DNA from: Reclinomonas americana ATCC 50394
Lineage: Eukaryota
NCBI GenBank assembly: GCA_048213135.1
Contig: PS015286.1
Location: forward strand, 80,073 to 115,591
Reading direction: 5' to 3'
DNA: 35,519 nt
In this document: positions 9,701 through 21,700 of the stretch, piece after piece
Position numbering within the stretch: the first letter of the stretch is position 1
How the letters are laid out: the number at the start of each line of letters is the position of its first letter
The notes under the pieces: generated by a model
The model's input: the letters and a program-made list of their open reading frames with translations, nothing else
Database searches by the model: none
What the model was told of the DNA's origin: nothing
Position numbers and translations under genes: made by a program

Positions 9701-12700
9701 ATAATCATGCTTTCCCGAGATTACCTCGGAGCACCACTCGAACTTGAAGCCGAGGTGGACAAGCTCAGCCGCCTTTCTGTCTTCGGCCCTGGCTGACTCG
9801 ATATCACCAGACAGCTCCAGAAGAGTGCCCTGCATGCAAAGTTTAAGCAGGACAGGCATGATTCTGCCTCTCGCGAACAAGTAACTTACCAGCGTGTCTC
9901 GCGTCTCTGGCGTCACAAAGAGCACAGGGCACGTAAAGTCTGCAGAGCCCACATCACCACCTCGTGACCGCTCTGTAGGCATCTCCATGACGACGGCGGC
10001 AGCTCTGGGTATTAAACAAAATGAGTGACGCAGGTGCGACAACGAATCCTTTCTCTTCAAAACAACGCACCCCGAACTGACAGCGTACTGGATGCGATCG
10101 CGAAGTGCCGTTGCGTTGGAGAACGAGGCGTCAACGAGAACAATTTGCCCCGCGCAGTCGGCGGCGTTCGTCAGTGGCTGTCATTGAAGAGTGGGAATGA
10201 GTGAAACTGCCTCCATTGCAATGGAAGGATGTCGTGCAGTGCACCTTTTCGGCACATCGAGGTACGGCATGCACCAGATCCGCGGTAATCGCTGTCTTGA
10301 GTGGATGCAGTGCTGTGGCAGGCAACTCGAGTGGAGGCGAGTCGGCAAAGAGGTAGGACAGTTGCCCGTCTGCGTACAGCTAAATGAGTGCACAATTGCT
10401 TAACGTGTTGCAGACAAGCTGACGAACCAGGGTCGATGCGGAAGACAGAAGCCGCGCTAATGCCAGTCACCAGGTCACGCACGCGCTGCAGGGAACTGAT
10501 TCCACCAAAACAATGTGAGGACAAGGGTCTCTCGTGCACAGTCAACGACTAAGGAAAAAGGCGGCCGAACCAAACGCGCTCGAACTCGACATAGGTTGAT
10601 CCAGGAACGACTCCCACACCCCATGGTGGAGTCGAGCAGAGCGCCAGCTGCATGAGCTCACGACGGGGGACTGCGTAGTTGGGAAAAAGAGGAGTAAGGG
10701 GGAAGAAGGAGGGGAAGCAGGACAAGGGAAGCAGGAGGAGGGAAGGGCGGAGAGGGAAGAGGGGAAGGGGGGAAGGGAAAGAAGGGCGGAGAGGGAAGGG
10801 GAAGGCAGAGGGGGTTCTGTCGCTGGTCTGTCTCTCGCGCCTATCCCACTATCTTCGTCTTCATTTTCAGCGTTTCTTTGTACTGTCGTCATTGTTGTGT
10901 GCACAGTGTCTGCCACTCGCTCACTCTCTTCTTAACTGCTGACGAGAGAGGGGAAAGGGGGAATGAAGAAGGGGAAGCGAGGAAGACGGAAACGGGGAAG
11001 AGGGAAGGGAGAAGAGGAGAGATGGGGAGAAAAAGGAGGGAGAACGAGGGAAATACGGAAACATGAATATGGGAAGGGGAGAAGAATGAGGGTGGATCGT
11101 CGTTGGCTCTTCTGTCGCCCCTGCTCATTCTCTTTTTCTCTCTTCGTCTTCCTTCAGCGTCTCTTGTTTGTGTGTGCAGTGTCTGCCACTCACACACTCT
11201 CTTCCCACTTGCTGATGCGAGAAAGAAAGGACGGAAGGGGAAGATGGAAGGGGGGAGAGAAGGGGGAATGAAGAAAATGGAATTGTCGAAGAAGGAATGA
11301 GGAAGACGGACGGGGGAGGGGGAAGAATGAGGGTGGACTGTCGTTGGCCTCTCTTTCGCGCCTGTCTCTCTCTTCGTCTTCCTTTCAACGTCTCTTTGTA
11401 CTCCTGCTATTGTTTGTGTGCAATGCTCACTCTCTTCTCAACTGCTAGGAAGAGAAGGAGAGGTCGGAAGGTGGAAGAGAGGGTAGATCTATGTCTCTCT
11501 CCGTCTTCTTTCAGCGTCTCTTGTTTGTTTGTGCAATGTCTGCCACTCACACACTCTCTTCTCACATGCTGACGAGAGAGGGGAAAAGGACGGAAGGAGG
11601 AAGATGGACGGGGGAAGTGTCAAGCAAACCATTGGCAAACTTGGCATCGCCCTTGCAGTCGGCGTGGTTGATGACGGTCGCCGCCGCGGCGAGGAACAGG
11701 CGCTCCAGTTCAGAGAGCAACAGTTGAGTGCGCACTGCACCGAGAGAACCGTCAGATTAGCACTGTCGACAACAATTCTGCCAGTGAAGTCTCACCAGCA
11801 GGAGTCAGCGCTTCGACCACTTCAACGCTTGCCGCGTCGCTGGCCTGGCGATGACGCAAGACATTGGCAGCCACCGCCGGCACACTGTGCTCACACAGCA
11901 AGTGAGAAAATGGCACACCAGCACATTATGCGGAGCACACGCACCAGTCGAGAATGACATTGATAATCGGGCCGAGTGCACGAGAAACCTCCACCAGGCT
12001 CTGCAACCGCAGTGAGACAACGGGCAAGACAATAAAGATCACCAACACATGCGACCAACCAACTCGGCCACTTCGGCACCCTCGCACTTGACCGACTTCG
12101 TGGCCAGCTTGCCCTGCTTGTCGACACAGCGGAAGACACCACGGTTCCAGTCCACGTGCAACACGGTGCGTGCATCAGTGGAAAACACCGTGGCGCCGAC
12201 TCGCAGCACCTCAAACTCGCCACCCAGCACCAGCAGCAGGCCGGCCAGCACACAATAGTCCTCCAGCAGCGCATCCGTAGCCTCGACTGCCGGCGCGGCC
12301 ATCAGTCGCTCCTGCAGTGTCGGCACGCCACCGACGAGCGAGGCCATCATCGAGGCCAGACGGGCACCCTTTTTGCAGCAATGTGAGATGATGAGCTGGC
12401 TAGGGAAATGATGGGGAGGGACAAACCGACGACGTCAGGAGCATGGCGCGGACGACTGGCGCCACCATGCGTGACACGGTGCCGAGAGTGTTGGCGTCGA
12501 TTGCTCCGTCGGCATCTGCAAAGATAAAGTGAGAATCCGGAGACTTACGCACTCTAATCTTGTGCAAAAGCGCACCCTTCCTGCGCTGTTCACGGAGGAG
12601 GTGGGGATCGGCGAGCGGCGCAATGCCGAGTCCACACAGGCGAAGGAGGGTGCGCAGATCACGCTCTCCGTCCGACATTGTTTGTGCTTGCGTGGCGAAG

Positions 12701-15700
12701 CGAGCCATCAGGCCGGCGGCGAGGGCCGGGATGCGGGGGTTCTTCCACCACTGGGAAAGAGGGGAAGGGTGAGGACAAGGGGAAGGGAGAGGGAGAGGGA
12801 AAGGGAGAGGACAAGGAGAAGGGAGAGGGAGAGGGAAAGGGAGAGGGAAAGGGAGAGGGAGAAGAGAGGGAGAAGAGAGTGGGAGAAGAGAGTGGGAGAA
12901 GAGTGGCAGAAGAGATGAGGGGATGGAGAGAGGGGAAGAGGGGAAGAGGGCAGAGGGAAAGAGGGGGAAAGAGGGGGAAAAAGCGGAGAAGTTCATAGGA
13001 AGTGGAAGAGCGACCATAACCGGGAGAGAAATCAAGGAAAAGCGAATGAGAGAAGAGAGGAACCGGATACAAGAGAACACAGATGGAGAGGGGGAGGCAC
13101 GGGCGAAAACAAGAAGGAGGGTGACAGAGACAAAATAAAAAGAGGATGACAATAATCGAGAAGAGTGCCCAAGGAATACCACAAGGAAAGACGTGCGGTA
13201 TCCACAGGAGGTAAGATGTGCTCATTCACTCTTCTGCTGAGGAAGTGGGCTTGACGGATCGAGGGAGGAGGAAATGTGCGAGATGAATGAACGCAGAGAG
13301 AGGACGGACGAGCGTAAAACAGAGAATGAACGAACACACAGTAAGTCGACGAAGATGTTGTCGTGTCTCCCTTTGTCCCACACACTCACCTCCGCTCGCT
13401 GCAGAATCTGCTGGCACGCGGCACGCAGAATGCTGTTGACAGTGTGCTGCTCCGAGAACGCACTCCAGTGCTCCGCAAACTCAGCGAGCAGAGTAAGGGA
13501 GCGCAAAACGCAGTTCTCGTCTGCATGTTGGCAAGAAGGCTTAGTCTATCAGGCCTCCAATTACAAGTGCGCCACAGTCATCCACTCACCAGTCGCCGCC
13601 ACGGGACCGGTCTTGGCGATGACAGCATCGTTCACCCACAACACTAGTGTCTCGAACAGCACCGAACACGACTCGAGCTCTGCGCCACATTGTCAGAGAC
13701 AATGACAAGACTCTCGCTTCCCATCGTCGTTCACACTCAACGTTTGCTCACTGAATTGGCCTTGGCGGACAGGCACCAGCCAATCACCGTGTGGCCAATG
13801 TACTCGACCGTGTCCAACAGCGCCTCGCGCAACACGGCGAGCACCTCGGCCGCCGCGTTCTCCGTGGTCTTGTGTTGGCTGTGGAGAATTATTGAGTGCA
13901 AGGCACGAAAGCGACAAAGAGCATGACAACTGCGCAACATGGCGGCGACCGTATCCCTGACCAACGCAAACTCATCGGCAATGGTTCGCACCAGTCCGCC
14001 CGACGACAGCAACGCATCGTCAATGTCGGCGTAGTGCATGCAGAAGCAGCCGAGGACGTACAGGGCGCGCAAGGTGTCGGACAGCGGCGCGTCTGCGGGA
14101 ATGCAAAAATGAGAAAAACATTCGCATGCCTATTTTGCTTTCCCGGCACGCGCACCAACGAGCAGACGTCCGTTGATGTGCGACGGCAAGAGCGCGGTCA
14201 TTTCGCGGAAGAGCGACTGGAAGGCGAACTGGGCGCGCAGACGTCGCATGTTCTCGCACCCACGAATCCAGTCGAGGTAGTGTNNNNNNNNNNNNNNNNN
14301 NNNNNNNNNNNNNNNNNNNNNNNNNNNNNNNNNNNNNNNNNNNNNNNNNNNNNNNNNNNNNNNNNNNNNNNNNNNNNNNNNNNNNNNNNNNNNNNNNNNN
14401 NNNNNNNNNNNNNNNNNNNNNNNNNNNNNNNNNNNNNNNNNNNNNNNNNNNNNNNNNNNNNNNNNNNNNNNNNNNNNNNNNNNNNNNNNNNNNNNNNNNN
14501 NNNNNNNNNNNNNNNNNNNNNNNNNNNNNNNNNNNNNNNNNNNNNNNNNNNNNNNNNNNNNNNNNNNNNNNNNNNNNNNNNNNNNNNNNNNNNNNNNNNN
14601 NNNNNNNNNNNNNNNNNNNNNNNNNNNNNNNNNNNNNNNNNNNNNNNNNNNNNNNNNNNNNNNNNNNNNNNNNNNNNNNNNNNNNNNNNNNNNNNNNNNN
14701 NNNNNNNNNNNNNNNNNNNNNNNNNNNNNNNNNNNNNNNNNNNNNNNNNNNNNNNNNNNNNNNNNNNNNNNNNNNNNNNNNNNNGGGAGGAACAGGGGGA
14801 GGGAACAGGGGGAGGGAACAGGGGGAAGGAACAGGGAGAAGGAATGGGGAAAGGAAAAAGGAAATGAAATGGGAGATGGGAGAAGGTGAAAAGATAGAAG
14901 AAAGGAAGAATCAGCAGGAAAGGAAGTGGAGATCGGAGAGAGAACATGAAACAAGAGTGGTGAAAGAGGAAGGAAAAGAGAGAAGTGGAGATGGGTTGGA
15001 AGGGAGACGAGCAAGGAGAAGAAAAGTCAGAAGAAGGATGACGTAGGGCGAGACAAGTGAAAGAATGAAGATTGATCCCATCAATCTGACACGTCGACGA
15101 TATAAAGAAAAGCATTGATCACTGCAACGCGAGCTGATAGTCAATCGGAGTTGAGACATAGAGTCGAAAGGAAACGCATGGCAGGGCAAAGCGAGTGCTG
15201 CAGCATTCGAGATAAAAGACATGAAGAAGATCACTGACTGGGAATCCTCACCTGTTTGGCAATCTCCTCGCACAGGGCGAGAGGGTCTTGGTTGCCCATG
15301 CCGCCGAAGAAGGAACCAGGCATTGGCGATGCGCTCCCTGCAGGAGAGTGAGTGAGTGAGGAAGAGGGGATAATGGAGACGGACATAGAAACAAACCTGG
15401 TGTCATCGCTTCGCTCTTCACCGCTGTGAGGCTTTCGCGCCACTCTTGCAGCTGTTTGGAAGACACAATGAGCACGCGGGCACATGCAGCCAGGCAGCAA
15501 TCTTGCATACCTCCTCACTCTCCTGCTGCTCCACGACTTCCGGCAGGTCGTTGACGGAGAAGCCGCTCGAATGCACGGCACTGTTGAGGTGCAACAAAAA
15601 GTACAATCGCTCTTGCATGCTTTCAGCGATCGATTGCACCGACAGGCTGTGTGGGGGAGAGAATGAGGCACAGGAGAGAGGGAAAGGACATCAAAGATGG

Positions 15701-18700
15701 GAGAGGGGGCGTTCATGGTAGAGTCGATGCGAGACGGGAACGTCCAACAAGAACTGAGACTAGAGGAAGAATGCAAGTGCTGTTGCGTGAAAATGATTTG
15801 AGAGAATGCCAGAGAACGTCGAAAAATGCAAGGAAAGCAGAGGATGGAAGTGAAGATTGAGAACGACCGTGAACGTCGAGAATGGAAGAGTGAACATATG
15901 AGGGAACTGAGTGTGCGCTGCTGCGAAGAACAAAACTGACTCCGTCTCCATGGCCCGAGAGAAAGGAAGCCATCAAGCGATGCAATGCGCAAGTGCTGGT
16001 AATCAAGTTGAATGAATAGACACTCGCGAAAGTGAATGCTAGCTATGGAACACGGGAAGGACGAAGAAGGCGAGAAACACACTGCTGCAAGAGAAGACTG
16101 GTGGTCACAACAGGCAAGTTACGCACTGCGATGACTCGTCGCCATCGCTGACACCAATGGCCTTGCCGAGGAGCTCCTGTCGACATTGCTGCACGATGCG
16201 CACCAACTGCACACCAACAGCAAGTGTGAGTGAAAACAACGCGACCTGCAGCGAAGCAACAATGTGACCTTGCTGGCCGATGTCCAGGCACGAGTCAAAA
16301 TAGCAGGAATTGCCTTGGCATCCACGTGGGCGCTGAACTTGCGCGCAACCTCCACCTTGTTCCAGTGATACAGCAGAACCGCGGCACAAGTGTGCACGAG
16401 ACGACGCACTGACGAAAGGGATATGAGAAGAGGAGACAATCACGCCGTCTCACACAATGAGGACGCACATGCTGGAGTTTTTGGCAGTCGGTGCTTGGTG
16501 TCCAGTGTCTCTGTCAGCGCCGCAGCCTCTTCACGCCCTTCCATCTGCGATTTCCCACCAGGGTGAGCACCATGGACAATCACCTGCTGTCTTCCTAGTA
16601 TCAACGAACCAAGTTCAACAAGAATGCGTCCTCACGCTCAGCTCCCGGTGCGTCGTCGGCATCCGAGGTCGTCAGCGTCAGCGCCGTCAGATCCGTCACA
16701 TTGTCCGGTGTGATGACCGAGGAGCCGTCGGCTTGCACCTGACAGAACTCTCAATCAGCTTCCACTCTGACTACCACTATCGCAATGTCACAAAGACCTG
16801 TCGCCGCAGTCCACCGGTAAACAAGTCACTCGACAGAAGGCCGCCGAGTTCGCCATCAATGATCGGCCCCGATGTCGCATCGTCCATGAACGACCGGGCA
16901 ATCTACAATCACCCTTTAGCATACCGCGCGTGTGTAACACGCTGTATCGACAAGAGAAACGCAACATCACCGCATCGCTGACACACGTGCGCAATGACAC
17001 CACGGAGGCCGAGCTGTGTGGCCTCATCCAGCGACTGGCCACTGGCTCGCAGCTTCTCGGCGGCGACCAGCAGCGGATAGAGTGCGTTGAAGCAGGCGAA
17101 ACGACCACGCAGGGCAATCACCTTGCGCACTTGCGTCACCGCAATGTGCAACAGGGCGAGGAGCACGCTGTGACCGCTGCGGGGATCATCCTGCAGACTG
17201 CACGCGGTCGGCGAGCCCTCTTGCGCGAGCAACATTTGCTGGCACACGCGCTCCACGAGTCGGTTGAGGATGGCAAAGGCTGCCGACCTCTCGAATGCCT
17301 GATCGTCGACGGCCGAGAACCGTGCGCGCTCAAATGCCCAGACCACGCATCGTGAAGTCACCGCGTGTGCCAGTTGTGAAAGGGCGCGATCTGAAGTGCA
17401 GCAAAGTGTGAGGGAAGGGGGAAGGGGAAAGGGGGAAGAGAAGGGGGAAGAGCAAAGGGGGAAGAACAAAGGGGGAAGAGCAAAGGGGGAAGAGGAGGGG
17501 GAGAGAGAGGGGAGAGCAAGGGAGAGCGAGGGAGAGCAAGGGAGAGAGAGGAGAGCGAGGGAGAGCGAAGGGACGAGACGAAGGGGAAGAGGACGAAAGG
17601 GAGANNNNNNNNNNNNNNNNNNNNNNNNNNNNNNNNNNNNNNNNNNNNNNNNNNNNNNNNNNNNNNNNNNNNNNNNNNNNNNNNNNNNNNNNNNNNNNNN
17701 NNNNNNNNNNNNNNNNNNNNNNNNNNNNNNNNNNNNNNNNNNNNNNNNNNNNNNNNNNNNNNNNNNNNNNNNNNNNNNNNNNNNNNNNNNNNNNNNNNNN
17801 NNNNNNNNNNNNNNNNNNNNNNNNNNNNNNNNNNNNNNNNNNNNNNNNNNNNNNNNNNNNNNNNNNNNNNNNNNNNNNNNNNNNNNNNNNNNNNNNNNNN
17901 NNNNNNNNNNNNNNNNNNNNNNNNNNNNNNNNNNNNNNNNNNNNNNNNNNNNNNNNNNNNNNNNNNNNNNNNNNNNNNNNNNNNNNNNNNNNNNNNNNNN
18001 NNNNNNNNNNNNNNNNNNNNNNNNNNNNNNNNNNNNNNNNNNNNNNNNNNNNNNNNNNNNNNNNNNNNNNNNNNNNNNNNNNNNNNNNNNNNNNNNNNNN
18101 NNNNNNNNNNNNNNNNNNNNNNNNNNNNNNNNNNNNNNNNNNNNNNNNNNNNNNNNNNNNNNNNNNNNNNNNNNNNNNNNNNNNNNNNNNNNNNNNNNNN
18201 NNNNNNNNNNNNNNNNNNNNNNNNNNNNNNGAACAAAGGGGGAAGAGCAAAGGGGGAAGAGGAGGGGGGAGAGAGAAGGGGGAAGAGCAAAGGGGGAAGA
18301 GCGAAGGGGGAAGAGCAAAGGGGGAAGAGCAACGGGGAAAGAGCGAAGGGGGAAGAGCAAAGGGGGACGAGCAAAGGGGAAGAGCAAAGGGGGAAGAGCG
18401 AATGGGGAAGAGCAAAGGGGGAGAACAAGGGGGAAGAGCATGGGGGCAGGGTAAAGAGGACGAGCATGGGGGCAGGGTAAAGAGGACGAGCATGGGGGAA
18501 GAGCATGGGGAAAGAGGGAAGGAGGAAGAGCGAAGAGCAAAGAGCGACGGGGGGAGAGTGAAGAGGAACACGAAGAGGGAATATTGAAGGGGGAGAGAAA
18601 GGGGAAAAGCGAAGGGGGACGACGAACAGGAGGAGGGAAGAGGAACAGGAAGAGGGAACAGCGAAGGGCGGAGATTGAAGAGGAAAGGGCAAGAAAATGA

Positions 18701-21700
18701 AGGAAGGAAAAGAAAGAGGAAAAGGAGACAGATACAAAGAACTTAAAGAGTTGGAGAAAGAGACAGTGGAAAAGAGATATGCGATAGGCAGTGACACAGA
18801 GCGCACAGCAACTGCAGAGACAGGAAAGACATCGGGATCGATTTGCACTCAACTCAGTTCAGCTCGCGAGCTAGACGACTTGGGGACGGCAGTCGCGCCG
18901 GTCGGCAGCGGAGCGAGTGTGTGAATCAAGTCAAAGAGTTGCATCAGTATTGGACCCAGCGAGTTCGGTTCGACGCCTATCACGCATGGAGAGGCAGGCT
19001 GTCAGAGTAAAATCCTCAAAACAGGTCACGAAACCACATCAGTGACGCACCAAATGCGACATCCGCCAGCCGTGTTTCCGCAGTGACACTCAAGTAGACG
19101 ACGGTGAGGAACAACTCGGTGTCGTCGGCAGAGCCCGATGCAATGCGCTCCAACAGGTATTGCATGCGGTCTGTGAAGAGGGATTGAGACTCTTCTCGCG
19201 GAAGCAATGCTCTCTCCGTTCAAAACTCACCAAGCAGAATCAACGGGTCGCCGCCCACTTGCGACACAATGACCTTCCACAGACGCTGCGTTTCACGACA
19301 CAGGGCCACTGGTGCGTCACCGATGGAGCAGAGTGCCGTGTGCAAGTCCCACACGCGTGTGATGTAGGCTGCAGGGCAGGGGAAGACAAGGGAGAAGGGG
19401 GGAGAAGAGGTCAACAGAGGGAAGAAGAGGACAAGAGGGGAAGTAGGAACAGAGAGGAGAAAGGCAAGAATAGATAGTGATAACAAATAGAACGTGTGGG
19501 AGTACAGAGTGTGCACCAGGTGCGCTGAAGGGAGTGAGAAGACGAAAACACAACGAGACAGAGGAGGAGTTGAGCAATATGGAGTGAGAAGAGGACAAGA
19601 CAGCAGCGGATGCGAAGAGTGGAATAAGGGGACGAGGAGAACGAGGGGAGAGCGCAGCGTAGAAACGCGAAGTGAACAAACAAGAGAGGAGAGAAATGAG
19701 GACAAGAAGACTGCAGATACAGAGCGAGGATGGGAGAGGGATGCTCTCTTGCAGCAACTCACCAACGTCATCTGGCGCACTCCAATCAACACTCGTCGCA
19801 GCTCGCTTCGTCATCAACTGTGCAGTCGCCGGCACCAACAGCGACAACCAGTACGTGAAGGTCTCCAGGCGGCGCTGGTTCACGGGAGCCGACTCCTCCG
19901 GCATGGGTGTGCACCAGTGGCACAGGCGCAACACGAGCGCGCGGAATACTGCCAGGTCGGCATCGGCGGTGGCGGTGCCGAGATGGCTGCGCGTCCAGTC
20001 GGCCAGCGGTGCGAGGAGGTCGCCGAGGAGCGGGCGGATGATGAAGGGGCGCGATTGGGCGGTGACCACGCTGCGTGCGAAAGGGAAGGGGAAAAGAGAG
20101 GGGAAGTGAGAGGAAAGAGAGCATTAAGTGGGGGAGAGAGGAGAGAAGAGGCAGGATGCATTCAAGATATGGAAAGCATGGATAGGATGGGAAAGAACTG
20201 ACTGCGAGACAAAGAGGGGAAGAGAACGAGAGAGAGAGAGAAAGAGAGATGGAAAAAGAAAGCATGAGCGAGAAAAGGGAGAGAATGAGGCAGGGAGTAA
20301 CGAATGAGAAGGGCAAGGAGACGTGGGCAACAAGAATGAGAGGGAGAGAGGCAGAGAGAGAACGGGTGAGCGAGAAGTGGGCGACGGAATGAGGGCTGTG
20401 AGGAAAAAAAGGAACAACCAACGAGAAGGGCAAGGAGACGCGGGCAACAGGAATGAGAGAGGGAGAGAGGTAAAGAGAGAACGTGTGAGCGGGAAGGGGA
20501 GACGAAAAAAGGGTCGCGAACAAGAACGGGACAACGAGCATGAAGTGAGGCGAAGAGAAGTGAGCAACAAAAGGACTGAGATAGAAAAACAAGAAAGCGA
20601 ACGAGAAATACAAAGAGACGCAAGCAAATGTTCCCTTTCCTACTGCACCGGTCATTCATGGACGCAACTCATTCTCGCACTCGCCAACCATCTTCTCCAC
20701 CAATTGCGCCATCTCCTTGAACGAGTCCGGCGATTGAATGGCATTGCGGAAGACCACAAGCGTGCGATGCACCACTGAGAGACACACGACGGTGTTTTGT
20801 CGGGGATTGTAGGTGCAGGTGATATATGGCCGGCGAGGGCTCACTACGCACGACGAGGGGAAGAGTGAGAGCGGGAAAGGGAAAGCAGGGGGAAATCAAA
20901 AATACCCACCAAACATGTCCATGTGAACCGTCTCGGCAGCCACCGCCTCGCCACCCTGCTGCGCAGCATCGTCGGAGAGCAAGAACGAGTCCAGCGTGGC
21001 GACGGGCGGCGGCACCATGTCGTCGTCGTCTTTGCGACTCATGTCGCTCTCCAGGAGGATACGCGTCAACACATCGCCGTTGGTGAAGAACGACATGCGC
21101 GTCTTGCCGGCGGTGACGTGAGCCGAGTCTGAAAGGAGAAAGGGAGAAAGGATGGCGAAGGATGGGTGAAGTGAGAAGGGACGGGTAAGGGTGGGTGGAG
21201 TGAGAAGGGGCGGGCAAGGATGTGGAGAAAGGAAGGATGGCGGAGCGGATGTGGAGAAAGCGAAGATGGCGGGGCGGGAGTGGGGAAAGGCAGCGACAAA
21301 GAGGTATACCTCGATAAACCAGCGTTCGCACCACCTCCTGCGTGAGCGGCTTGACCACGGTGACGTGCAAATGTGCGTGTCCACCTGTCGCAGAGAGTCA
21401 GAGGGAGATAAGCCTCGTTGACTGAGGATTTCGTCACGCACCGCTCTCGTCCTCCACACGCGAAATAAAATAGAGAAGGCGACCGTCGGTGATCATGCTG
21501 CGGAAATTCTGCGGCGAGTGCACACGCGGAAGGTGCGCCACCTCCAGCACATTTTGATCCTGCGCGCAAGCGTAAGCTCCCAGCAGTAGAACATGAACCA
21601 CAATGTCCGCGACATGCCTCTCCCGTTTGCGGGTCGGATTGCACCATCGTGGCGACATTGTTCTCCATCACTTGCCACAAAACACCGCCCGCAAATGCCA

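Noticed and set aside
10810-11615. Repeat-spacer-like pattern (CRISPR-like)
   Set aside because: The units are long, degenerate and inside a spliceosomal intron, with low-complexity spacers and no cas genes.
16909-18852. Long ORFs spanning N runs (also 998-2101, 13896-15115, 23269-25511, 32881-34408)
   Set aside because: These are artefacts of assembly gaps (1492-2076, 6465-6575, 14284-14784, 17605-18230, 23298-24058, 24797-25245, 33049-33964) and flanking microsatellites.
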